This document shows, in pieces, positions 36,415 to 49,800 of a stretch of DNA of 64,000 bases (position 1 is its first letter; each line of letters opens with the position of its first letter). This DNA is from Bugula neritina (Eukaryota > Animalia > Bryozoa). The DNA is taken from positions 13,205,133 through 13,269,132 of the forward strand of contig OZ037771.1 in assembly GCA_964035545.1 (NCBI GenBank), read 5' to 3'. Under the pieces are notes generated by a model. That model made no database searches. It saw nothing but the letters and a program-made list of their open reading frames with translations, and was not told the origin of the DNA. The translations under genes and the position numbers were made by a program.

Positions 36415-37679
36415 GCTTATCAGAGCTGAAAACAGCCTTATAAAGTATCCATTTATTAGACTGTTGACAGATGGTAAAAGTTTAAAAGTTTTCTGTGATA
36501 TAGCAGATATTCTATTTTATTGAATGTGCATTGCGTAAATAATAGATTTATTTTATTGTCACTGTTAGGAGTGATGCGTTATGTGTCTATACACTTTTCG
36601 TAGCTCAAACTGCACCTAAAGTTGAATTTATTCATGAATTAGTGTTTTTAAAACTTACTGGCTCTATAAATGATAAAAAACTTTTGCCCATGCATGAATA
36701 TGCATTGCTATTTACATTGATTGCTTTACTAGTCTATAGTTGTTTAAAAATGCATAAATTGAAATTGTCTCTACATAAAAAATGTAATGTTTTGTAGGCT
36801 TATTACACACACTTGCGTTACTTACATGTTTTGCAATTATAGGCAAACATAACAAATTAACTGCAAAAATTCTTTTTATAGCTTTTAAATTGTATTTGAA
36901 ACAAACCGGCTGCATTACGCCATAAACTGTACTGTAAGTGAAATGTATTCTGTAATATTGCACCGTTGCAAAAATAGCTATGCCAATATTTGACTTTTAT
37001 AATGTAATTGCTGCTAAAAAGTTTATCTACTCATGCATGATAACTGAACTGCCTACACATTATAATATAGCATAATAAAAATTAGTGTAAGTATGAGTGC
37101 CTACAGGGTGACAATTGCTTCTTGACTTACATAATTTTTTATAACTCTTAAGAGTTACGTTGTAAATTTCAGCTCCATGCTCGGCTATACCCAAAATATG
37201 ATTATGTAAAATACACAAAACCCAAATCGAAATTGATAACTGTTATAATATTATGTATTTCTCGAAAGCCTTTTTATTTGTAAGTTATTTTCTCGTGCTC
37301 AACTAGAGAAAGAGGAAACAACTTATATACTAATTTTCATGCTGATTGTAGATGTTCAACTAAAACTTTTTCTCAGTAAAATAATATCTGTTACTTATTG
37401 ACTTGTAAAAATACGTGCAATACATAATATATCGACTATAAGTTGCGTGCGGATATTTTATTAGCCTAATCAATGTTTTTGACAGCAATATTAGGTTCTT
37501 CCAGCTATTTTCATTTTGTTATTGTTCAACTTCATTAGTGTCTGTGAGTAACTTGTCACTTCTATTCAACTTTAAGGCAAATACTAATAGTAAACTCCAA
37601 CAGCAAATTTTAAGCTGCAAAAATTTAAACTCAAACTGTTCCTAGTACTGCCACTGGTACATTAACATTGACATTCTTA

Positions 37680-38100
37680 GTTATGGTTATAATAATAATT
37701 AGTAATTACTTATACTAATAGTAATACTATAATTATAAGTATAACTATAATAGTTATAGTTACTATTAATTTTAAACTTAAAGTATTAGTATAAGTATAA
37801 CACTAAGAGTAAGTCTAACGGTTATACTAATACTAATAGTAATATTATAAGTATAAGTGTAACTATAAGTATTACTATTAGTATTAGTATAACTATAACT
37901 ATAAGTATAAGTATAGTTATAACTATTAGTATTACCATTGCCATTGGCATTAGTATTAGATTTACTTTTAGTATTGCTATTACAGTAATACTATTACTAT
38001 TAGTATTAGTATTACTATTAGTATTAGTATTACTATTAGAATTACTAATTAGTTATTACTATTACTATTAGTAATACTTATAGTTACAGTATTACTTTAA
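37680..38100. repeat. AT-rich (TAN)n low-complexity tract
   Basis: TAGTAT/TACTAT/TAACTA hexamer-like repeats. Confidence 0.75.
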
Positions 38101-39942
38101 CTTTAAGTTTATATAAATCTATGAAATTAAAATCGAGTCTTAAATTAAAAGAAATCCAATGGCAATTGATTAATTACAGCCAATTAATATTATCATTATG
38201 TTATTGTCGGTATGAGTTTAGATGTTTTAAGTTGAAGTTGTCAATGTATCAAAATAATACTGATCATTATTATTATAATTGAAATAATAAACGGGCTATA
38301 AATCATATCATCAATCATATTAATAATAGTGATCATATAAATGATTAATAATAATGATTGTGAATTAATCAAATGAATAATCACAATGAAAAACTATATA
38401 ATAATTATAATGATGATTTAATTTTACTTTTAGTATAAATTAGTTATATTCATATTACTATTAGAATGTAAAAGAGTATTACTACAATAATTATTTATTT
38501 TTCCATTATATTTGTGGCTATGGTTGTTTAAATATTAATTACCGTAACGGATAACTGTTATCTTTATGGCTCTGGGTATTATCTAACTACCATTGAAAAT
38601 ATAGTTTCTGATCAATGAAGATTAAATAGCATTTTAATTAAAGTTAATCAAAGCTGGTATATTCAAACAGGCAACTATATTTCTAGTGCTTTTGAGTTAT
38701 TCAACCACTATTTTAACTATGTCATTTTAACTGCATTATATTTATTTGTTTAATTTTATTATGATTAATTGAACATGAATAAATATTGATTTATGATAAA
38801 TAATTGAAGCTACAAATTCACATTTTTATTTGAACTGTTATATGTTGTATGCATGCAAATACCCAGCGATTTCTGTTGAATTGCAATTGTATAAAATAGT
38901 TTAAATAAGATAAAAATATTATACCTTCATCAAAAACTTGAAAATAAACTTAAATTGAACCTAGTTTAATCAATTTATTGCTTGTATTAACTTGTATTGT
39001 ATTTTTGTGTATTATTATAATTAAAATTTTAGTTAATTGTTCATTACTATTGCGGAATAATGTTATTTTTTACGGTCAAAATTATAGCTTATCGTAGCAA
39101 CATTTTTCGATAAATGTAGTAGAGTATATTTGTAATGTGTATATATGTGTACGTAGTTAGTTTACATTGCAGTTTGCAAACAGGGAAGTACACTCATTTC
39201 ATTTTTATAGATGCCGTCTCAGGCTCTAAGTTTTTGCTAAATTGCAATAGCCTCTGAGCATACTCTTTTTGTATTTGGTTGGGTTTTAGCACTTAGAGAC
39301 TCTGAAATCTCTCAAATCTGAAATCTAAGATTAGATATATTCTTAGAAACAGAAAGCTCAATTAGCATTATTTTCAGCTTTGACTTTTTCTAAGCTTAAT
39401 GCTTCAATTATTATTAGGTGTTTATAATTTTTATATGCTCAATGCTTTGTAGAACTAGGAATGTTTAGTTCAAGTTATAATAAGGTTGCATGTAGTATTA
39501 AAGCTAGTTACTGAGAATTCAACATAGTAGCTTACTAGGCAACAAATTTATTTCCTTGTACATTTTTTGTGTTCTATACTTGGCTATAGTGACATTCTAT
39601 ATCAATTACTCCTACTTTAGTTGCTTTACCTCACTAATCTGCTCAAAGAAATAACTGTAATATCTGCTGAGGTAATGATGAAAAATCATTACAAAAACAG
39701 CATGTGATGCACTGAAAAATAGTCCATGTTGAAGTCTGTGTGAGAGGCTTTCATATTGAACTATCAAGAATAAAATATTAGAATGTATTATAAAGTTTCC
39801 AAAGTTTTACAAAGATCTCTATTCTATTTATGACTATCTTTACTCTTAGTTAATGGCAGAATTCCTGCTTTAGACTTTATTACTCTGGTTTTGCTATTCA
39901 AGCATGGTAAAAACATATGAGTTTATTGTCTGCTATTTTTTG

Positions 39943-40113
39943 AAAACCCCAATGAAAAGGTTGTTTTAAATCAGGCTAAAGACTTTTTTGTAATGTAATG
40001 CAGAAGCAGTTATGACTGGATGCTCTTCCTAACATCACCAATGGTGTTTGTACTGAGCCACTGGCCTCGTGTTTACTAGGTCAGCACTCTAACCACTACA
40101 CTACGGCTACTTC
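39943..40113 (-). mobile_element. tRNA-derived SINE copy 7 (degenerate)
   Basis: Core ATGACTGGATGCTCTTCCTAACATCACCAATGG retained. Confidence 0.75.
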
Positions 40114-40361
40114 CTCACTCAAACATGATAGGCTAATGATTTTTTATTTTATTTGTTTAAATATTTTCTGCTAAGCACTAGACTTTTCATATTGGGAAAA
40201 GGATACTTACTGAATGGAAAAATAAATTTAATAATATAGGAGAGATAAAAAGGCTTGTAAATTATACGTTGTGTAAGGTTAAATAATACATGAGTTACAC
40301 CTTTTTTCAGACGTGTTTTGTCATTGAACATTGTAGAGTATATTCTACATTATGCAGGTTA

Positions 40362-40507
40362 AAATGGTTTCATCCCAGATAGACGATTTCCAGTTAGACA
40401 ATCCCCAAACCCCACATAAAATACATGTATTGTACCAAAATAAATATATAGCTCCATGTGGGAATTCTAGCTTCTAACTGTGAAGTGTCTATCTGGAATG
40501 ACACCGT
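40362..40507. mobile_element. Candidate MITE (family C)
   Basis: Imperfect TIRs ATGGTTTCATCCCAGATAGAC / GTCTATCTGGAATGACACCGT; single copy in the window. Confidence 0.45.
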
Positions 40508-40538
40508 TAAAATCAGTGAGTCTCAAAGTTTCCATTTA

Positions 40539-40694
40539 GGAACAGTAGTGGAGAAATTGAGATAGCCTAAGTTCTTTAATTTTATTGGAAAATTTTGGTT
40601 TGGGGTGCAGGTTGAAATTCCTGTGAGAACATAACTTCTCATCACTTTTCTAATCTAAAACACAGGCTTTTTTCAATATCTTCATTGCTGCACC
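40539..40694. mobile_element. MITE family B copy
   Basis: TIR-bounded and homologous to 41746-41904. Confidence 0.8.
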
Positions 40695-41074
40695 TACCTC
40701 AAATTTTTGGCTGGTGTAAAAATGCTTTAATAGTAGGGTATATATCTTTAAATTATTTATATATAAATTTAACTAATGGCTAGTCGGGATAATGATTAAA
40801 TATTGACATACTTATCACAGTGATAAGGATTGTGTCAATCAATGCAGTTACTGATAACTTCAATTACAGTTGAGAGAGGTGCAGTGCTGAGCTACATGTC
40901 ACTACTATAACGACTATGTGCTGCAATCAACAGGGCAAATCATTTAAAGCTTGCAATAGCCAGGAGATGAGAATTTACCTTTGAGTGAAATATAAAGATT
41001 TATAACATATTTAAAGGTAAGTTTTACAAAAACTGCTAACTTTTCATAGATCTTGAGTTACGTCTTACTATGTT

Positions 41075-41385
41075 TACTTGAGTCATTTACTTAAGTCATA
41101 TTTTACTTGAGTCATTTACTTAAGTTACATAGCCAAGTCACATAATTGAGTCACATAATTGAGTCATTTACTTGAGTCATTTACGTAAGTCACTTACTTG
41201 AGTTATATGCTTGAGTCATTTACTTGAGTCATTTACGTAAGTCACTTACTTGAGTTATATGCTTGAGTCATTTACTTGAGTCATTTGGGTAAGTCACTCA
41301 CTCGAGTTATATACTTGAGTCATTTACTTGAGTCATTTACGTAAGTCACTAACTTGAGACACTTACTTGAGACACTTACTTGAGA
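41075..41385. repeat. 13-bp-unit repeat (TTTACTTGAGTCA)n
   Basis: Visible tandem array. Confidence 0.85.
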
Positions 41386-41745
41386 TATATACTATATTTA
41401 TGCCAATTATTACTTAACATATTATTTAGTAACCCAATCAATACTTTCAGTGACTAAAACTGTAAAAGCCTCTTGCAATTGTGGTATAACAGTGTGTAGG
41501 CCATATTGCATTGACATTATGTAAGCATAGCATTGGCTATTCTAAGTCACTTACTTATCTGGGCTTGACATTAGTCAAGGGTACTTCCCAACTTGATTTT
41601 AATTCATAATGAATTCACATATCTAGTGTACAGAGGCTCGTGTTTCACAACACTTAGTGAAACACTTGGGTGAAAACTTATACATTGTAAGTGTTTATTA
41701 TGCAAAATGGGAGGTGGAACGGCACATCACATTTCTTTCCATTTA

Positions 41746-41904
41746 GGAGCAGTAGTGGAGAAATTGAGAAAAACCTGTGTTCTTTAACATCTTTATCAAA
41801 TTTTTGGTTTTAGCATGGGTTGAAATTCTTGTGAGAACATAACTTCTTTTGCTAAAGTTTTAATCTAGAACACAGGCTTTTCTCAATTTCTCCATTACTG
41901 CACC
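41746..41904. mobile_element. MITE family B copy
   Basis: TIR GGAGCAGTAGTGGAGAAATTGAGAAAA / TTTTCTCAATTTCTCCATTACTGCACC, flanked by TA. Confidence 0.82.
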
Positions 41905-43589
41905 TACCTCTTATTTTAATGCTGAAGAAATTCAAGAGTTTTATAGTGTATACTTCATAGTTTGTACTCTATACTATATAATAATATATATACTCTATAG
42001 AGTTGACTCTATACTAATCGTACCATTCATACTGATACTGTCTGTTAGAATCTCATTACTGCATGAGTCATAATATGCTGGTGACATGTAGGAGGAGACA
42101 GAGGTGAATCTTTCACTTTGAAAGTGAATATAACACATTTTGAGCTGTTGATGTCCATGTTTTTGCTGCCCCATTCTACTATTGCCTGATTTTGCTGCCC
42201 TACTCTATCAGTGTCTGTTTTTGTTAACCTTCTATAACTTTCTGTCTAAAAGTTTTAATGTAAGCACAATCTGAGTATAATTACGGCCATGTTGTTGGTG
42301 AAGCTGCACCTGCATTTTTCTTCTGTGTTTACATGAACATCTGTAGAGGCAGCAGTAACAAGCGTGCCAGGTGCTAGGCAGGTTACAAATAACTCTTCAT
42401 TCTCAACACAAAACCAGAGTGGGCTTTGGTTTCATTTCTGCTAGTCTTAGAGCTGTGAGTTCGAATTTGTCAGTCTGCCTTTTCAACTACTTCATTTTTT
42501 GATTTTGTTTCGTAATATTGACACAGTAGTCCTAGCTACTCCGAGATAGGTTTAGTGGTTCAAAAAGGTGCTCAAGAGTACAAGAAATGAATCCAATATA
42601 CAAGAAAAATTGGTCACCATTACGAGTAATATTATATAGCTGTCGCCTGACTCAGCCCAATGCTGTGTGCCCAGTAGTTCCACTTGCTAAGGACGTTGGA
42701 ATTTAAACGGTAAACTCACACGATACGTCATAGGCTGACGTCATAGGCTACACTATTTAGTTTAGTTGGAGTTGTTGGGTCACGTGATTTGTATTGCAAA
42801 GCTGTTATTCTGAATATTCACTTGTTTAGCAGGGCCGTCTGCTGGTATATCATTTCAATATTGGAATAACATTTGATTTTTAGAACAAATAATATTTGTT
42901 TTAATTATCAAATACTATTTCAATGTTGAAACATAGCGTGTTATGATGATCATAATATTATTCAACCATTGGAGTGGGATGTTTCGTAATAAATTGTCCA
43001 CCTTGATGTACCAACTCTAAAATATTACACCCAAACTCGCTGTCCAGCCTTGTGTGATTCATCCCCTGACAGCTCCATCTGTTTACTTCCAACTTTTGAT
43101 GACATGTTGCAATATATAACGAGCCTAGCAGACGTACACCAACTTACATCCAGTGCCCTGCTGTAGTACTTACGTATGTACTATGACCCCAGTAGCTGTC
43201 AGCTGTGTATTGGGACATGGAAAACCAATCAGATGTGATCTCAGTTTGATTCAACTAACTACTAATCCTGATAATGAAATACATATAGTTGCCTTTAATC
43301 TCAGCTGATGCGTATTTAAATAACCAGAAAGTTGTAGAAGATATCATTTAGGTATTTGTGTCAGTTGGTGTCAGATCTGCTCGTAAGTATTGGTAGGATT
43401 ATCTGGTTACTTTGCTACTTACATAGTCTAGGATGGTGTCATATAATTATTATAGGATTCTACTGTTTTATTATCTAACAACAGTGATAAGTGCTATCAC
43501 TGTTTGTCTCATTGCTACTTAAGCTTGTCAAATGTGTGACATACTTGGAGCATCACTTATCTACTAGTAATTGCTGATACATTAGTTGA

Positions 43590-43760
43590 TAGTACTACTC
43601 ACTGTACTGTACTGTAGTACTACTCACTGTGCTGTAGTACTACTCACTGTACTATACTGTAGTACTACTCACTGTACTATACTCTAGTACTACTCACTGT
43701 ACTATACTGTAGTACTACTCACTGTGCTGTAGTACTACTCACTGTACTGTACTCTAGTAT
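43590..43760. repeat. Minisatellite (AGTACTACTCACTGT...)n before the first coding exon of the TBC1D gene
   Basis: Visible 20-25-bp units. Confidence 0.85.
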
Positions 43761-43850
43761 TACCTGTAGTCACTCCTGTGTGCTGCCGTGTTACTCACCT
43801 GCTGTCTTGTATATTTTACAGTCGGCAGCAGACGGTAGCTAACCACGGCC

Positions 43851-46800
43851 ATGTCTGACAGAAATCTCGAGACAGCATTTCCACCAGGTAAGTTTTACTG
43901 ACTGCTGATAGAGGGAGGTACTAGGGGTGTATCAGAGTGGGTGGATTGGAGTAGGGGACGGCATTCTGCAGCATAGTGTTATTGTGAAGTCAAATGTTTC
44001 ACTTAATAGTTATTATAGCTACAGTAACCAAGAAATTTCAATAGTTCAAGTTCTTTAATTTTAAAAGATATTGGTATGAGGTGCGAGTTTAGGTCCTCAT
44101 AAGTGCATAGCACCTTTTCCTACATTTATTATCTAAAACACAGGCTTTTTTCAGTTTCTCCTTTTTTGTGGTTCTTGCTTTCCAATCTATATGAAAATGC
44201 AGCCATGTGCACTGCGTGTGTATGTTAGTATGTTGTATGTATGTTGTGTGCACGTGTAATACCTAGAATTTGTCAAATGGCTGTTATTTTGAATCATCCA
44301 TAATGCATATCAGTGCTTCTGTCCTTTTAAGGCACTTCAAAAGGTAAAAAGTTTAAACTTTTAAAAGGTAAAAAGTTTAAACTATTGAACAGCTTATAAT
44401 GAATAGCATGTAGTGTTCCACAAAGCTGTGTTAGAGAGCTAAAGTAAAGGAAGTCTTTTAGGAGTTATCTCTCTAAACTGTATCTAGCTGTCTCATGTCA
44501 GTCAGCGTATATGACATCATAATGACATCACATCCTGTGATTACCTCTCTTTCTTAGTAAAGCAGCGAAGTGTGGACGTCTCAGGATCCACAAGACTCGC
44601 TGCCACTGCCCGGTTTAGCAGAACTGTAAGTCAGCCCGCCTTCTCGTCCCGATCTCTTACCAGAAACACCTCCAATGGAACTCAGTCTGTTACTCTACGC
44701 TATAAACTCACATATCTTGGTAAGACTTGACTCATCCTTAGCAACTCTGTTGAATCGCTGATTACTATAGCTTAGGATCTTACATTTCTTATGTCTATGG
44801 GTTAGGGGAAGGCTGTGGCATCCTCCCAGTCTGCTGTCTGATAAACTAAGTCTCTTATTTGCTGCTTTGAGTTGGGGAATGTTCAAATTCATTTTTGGTG
44901 CACCATTATAAAGAGATTGGTTAGCAAACCTTGGCTAGTTTTGTCTACATTCACTGGTCTTTGAAGGTCAAGGAAACGTTTTTATATCATTCTAAACTTA
45001 GTGTTAACCGAGTTTATCTGCTATAGGAATATATGTGTATCAGAAAACTAAGCTTAATAATATATGGTGGAAGGGTGGAGGGAGAGAAGTGTTATATTCC
45101 ACAGTTAACCCTTTTTTAGACAACTTTCCCCTCTCACATTGTGGAATATATTTTTGTCATTCCAAGGAAATTGAATGGGAAAACCCATGTTTTTAGATGA
45201 TAATAAATAAGTTCTGGAAAATTCCGAGAAGAGTTTGACTCAGAAACACTGTTTGTAATCAGTTGATGAGAAGTTGCTGCTATGAAAATCCAACGCCCAT
45301 TATTCGTATCCACACTGTTAGCTTTGTGTTGATAGGTGCACTGCAGCTGGATCGACGAATCACAGACAAGATGTTAAAGTGGGTGCTGGTGGATATAAAA
45401 AGGCGGAGAGAGGTGAACAGGAGTTGTTACCTCCTGATACGAAATGCTCACGTGAAGGTCATGTCGGCCACGGATTCCAGCGACGTGCTTCTCGAGCATC
45501 ACGTGCACAGCATATCTAAGTTCTTACGGTGTCAGCGGGACAGGAAGTGCATGTTCTACCTGCAGCGTAACAGCGTCGACGCCCCCGTCGTCATGTTTGC
45601 GTTTATCTGCGAGCAGGAGGACAAGGTACGCACTGAAGTTGTGGTCCCTGACGTCTACTTACATTATGACTTGAGACTAACACACTTGTTGACTTAGTTG
45701 TAACTTTGAAATTAATATCCGTTTACAGAAGTCAAAAGTTGTCTTCACTTATGGTAATACTGAAGCATAGGGAACTTAAATGCTGTGGATAGATACTTGA
45801 TTTAGATTATTATACTGTAATACTGCACAATATTGTAGTGTTCCACTGTGCTTTTCTATACTATATTGTCACGTAATGAACTATAGTGCTATATTATTAC
45901 TATATATAGTATATTATACTATACTATATAATTATAGTATCTAATACTATGCTATAATATATAATACAGTGTACTGTACTATAATATATAGTATAGTGTA
46001 ATATACTATAACATATAGTATAGTATAATATACTATATATTATAGTATAGTATAATATACTATATATTATAGTATATTACACTATACTACATATTATAGT
46101 ACAGTACACTGTATTATATATTATAGTATAGTATAAGATACTATAATATATAGTATGGTGTAATATACTATATATTATAGTATAGTATAATATACTATAT
46201 ATTATAGTATAATATACTATATATGGTATACTCTATGATTATGTATTAGTAGTATATTATACTAGACTATATATAATATATAATACAATATCATAGTATC
46301 CCTATATTGTATATTTTGGAGTATCTTCTCAGGTGTAATTATTATGTGATATTTAAGGTGGTGGACATATTCACCAGTATACAGGAAGCAGCTAAATCTA
46401 CTAAGAAACCAGACCACATTTCTTTATCTCACAGGAAGCATATCATTAGCAAACTCTTTGAGGTGAGAGGTAGCAAATAGATTATAGCTACTAATTTGGA
46501 GTTGTATTCCCAGATAAAGATAAAATATTGGTATTTATAAATTTTAAATTTGGTTTAGAAGTTTTTCGGTGTCACAAACTTTTTTGTCACTAAGAAGTTA
46601 CTGGTTTTAGCCAGTATAATGTGATACAAACATAATATTGTCTTAAATGTAAGACAGAAAATATTTAAAAACTATATCATTATGTTAGTGTTTAATTTTG
46701 CACAAAGCCATTAATAGGACATCTTTTACCCTTTTACCTCTTGTCACACGTACGTTCATGTGAGCTAGATTTAGTAAAACTCTCTAGTGATGTACAATGT

Positions 46801-49800
46801 TCTATGTAGTCTGAGAAATTATAGGTTAATAGAAATTGTCTCCACAATATGGTAGCATTGTATTTATATCCGCGCTGAATAGGGATATTGGGACTAAAGA
46901 AGATATTTAAATAAAGTGGCTGTTAAACTATCAATATTTCAGCATTTCGATACGGATTTCTAAATGCAGCTTACAATTGATTAAATGTGCTCACTCAACA
47001 TCAGATGTACGCCGAGGTTGTACATGTATGCAATAGTGTTGAAAATACTAATCATCAGAAATTCTGACAATTTTAATACCTGAGAAATAATATTACATAT
47101 ATTCACTTTCACAGAACAGAAACCAATACAATACCGATGTCTAAATACCGTCTCAGTTCTAGTTGAGATTACTCTAATGGTACATTTATACCTTCGCTAA
47201 AAGAATACCGAGTTTCAGTTACTTTCACTCGTCCGAGTACCCCTTTTTAGTTTTACTAAAAACCATTGAAATCATATTGATGTGGGAGCTTACTTTCTGA
47301 TAATAAAATATAACTTGCTTAATCTCTATTTGATGCCCTTTGAAAATGTAATGAGTTAGATGAGTTGACAGCATAAAAGCGATAATCGAAAAAGCGTAGG
47401 CGATATAATTATAAATGTAAATATTGATATTTACATGGAGTTATCATTCACTTTTATTGTTATTCTAAAATCGGCTGATTAAGTTATCACAAATCAAAAA
47501 TTTAGACCAGTGACCTTTACAATGCAATGCAACTCGGTGAAATTTCAACTCGGCCAAATTGAATTTCTGACTCAAAATCGGTAAGGTATAAACGCAGTGT
47601 AAGTTGGAGTTACTCTTTCTACCTTGCTACAGAGGGAAGATAACTTCGAAATTCACTGAAAGTGTAGTACCTTATTTTAAAGACTATTTTCACCTGGTAT
47701 AATTTACACTCAAGTTACAAAATGTTGCGAGTTCAAACTCATGAAATCATCATTTATCTACTGATTCTAAAGGAGGATTATGGGTCTCGGAGTGATTTAA
47801 TGAAATCACCTTACAGCCTTCTTTCAATTATTCAGTTTAATTATTTGTAGTTTCAACTTTGTCAGTGTTTAAGTGCTTGCACTACCTACTTCCTTTCTTG
47901 AGTACATTGTCTAGTCATTCTGGAAGCCCTGGAAATTAATTGAATGGATCTAATTTACTAGCAATCTTTTTGAATTGCTTGTCTTCATTGAGATTAATTG
48001 ATACATAATTCATGTTGATACAATTTTCATGTTGGAGATTACAGAACTGTTGTTGACATGCGCGGCGCGGCTTGTGTACCAACACATGTACACTTGATAA
48101 GATACTGATAACATTCTTTGCTAATACTGCTTCACTTCATTTGATATCGACAATGATACTCTGCACGGAGTGTGTAGCAATGTGAGAGGGTCTATCTACC
48201 TGTTCAGATGGTCGTACACTGAGTATAAGCACCTGTTTTATCTGTTCACAAGTGGCGCTTAAAACGCTGGAATTCACAGCTCATTTGACTCAAGATATTG
48301 ACTGAGTGCTACTTGAAACTCTTAGTACTCAAGTGTTTCTCGGCATGCTGATGTAATCACTTACCTCACCTGGTCGCTAATTTATCTGCTGCTGCCGCAC
48401 GGCATGCTCTAGTCGCTGCCGACATGATGCGCTATGAGGATTTATCTCGAAGGTCTAGCCTGTCTTGCTATGAGGTTGGTGTGTGAAGCAGACAAAAGTG
48501 GATCAATTGTAATAATTTGTAGCCGTTAGACTGGACAAATTTATCCCTAAGACTTGCTATAGTTTTGTACAGAATACGGTTGCAGTGTTTACGTTATCTT
48601 TCTTTCTGATATTAGTTTGAACTTCTTACAGCTTGAATAGATAATGTTTGTGTACTGTGCGATACGTAGTGAGTAAGATATTGTATGTAGTTTGTAATAT
48701 AGTGTGTGTAGTGCGTAATATATTGTATGTAGTTTGTAATATATTGTGTGTAGTGTGTAATATAGTGTATGTAGTTTGTAATATATTGTGTGTAGTGTGT
48801 GTAATATAGTGTGTGTAGTGTGTAATATATTGTGTGTAGTCTATAATACATTTTATGTAGTGTGTAATGTACTGTATATAGTGTGGAGTGTTATCTAAAC
48901 AGTGTGTAACTTGTGGTGTGTATTGTATATTATGTATTTTATAAAGTGTAACTTGTGGTGTGTATTGTATATTATGTATTCTATAAAGTGTAAAATGTGG
49001 TGTGTATTGTATATTATGTAATATATAAAGTGTAACATGTGGTGTTTAATGTATATTATGTAATATGTAAAGTGTAACATGTGGTGTGGGATTGTGTGAC
49101 AGATTTCAAAGTCTTTGTGACATCATTATACTACTCGCACATTGCATAATACAATCATGTTGAGATTTTCTTGTTTCTATTTGCCTGTACAAACAGTTGT
49201 AAAGTAACCTGAGTGAATATGTGGTGATACATTGTATCTATACTTAGTACAGCGTATGTACAGCGTAAATATAGTGTCGTAGGTACAGTGTCGTAGGTAC
49301 ACAACCTAGCCCTGTCTCTTGAATGTGCAAACTTTATATCATCAGATAAAATCAAACATTGAATGTAAACAATTAGGTCTATTATTAATACAAATTTTCC
49401 TTTTTATCATTTATATTAAGAATTATCTGGTCTAATTTAAAAGAAGTAAGCATTCAGCACCTTACGGACGACAATATAACACTTATGATGTCACTTCTGA
49501 TTCGTTCTGTTGCTACACAGTGACATGATAAGGTCGTCAGGATATCAACTTATCAGCCATATTGTCTCTCAGCTTCTCACACTCCCCATCCCTTCATGTT
49601 CCATTTCTTGACTTTGAAGAATGTTTTCAGCATACAAAAGCTGTATTTAACTTTTTGAAACGAGGAATTTTCAAATAACAAATGGATGTTTAGTGAAAGG
49701 TTTGAGAGCAAAATCGTATTAGTATAGTAGCTTCACAATGGCCTTTTACTATGTGATTATGATATATTCTGCAAAGGAAATACAACTCTAAATGCATTGT

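Noticed and set aside
47148-47590. Possible TIR element (TATACCTT...AAGGTATA)
   Set aside because: The terminal match is short and there is no second copy in the window, so support is insufficient.
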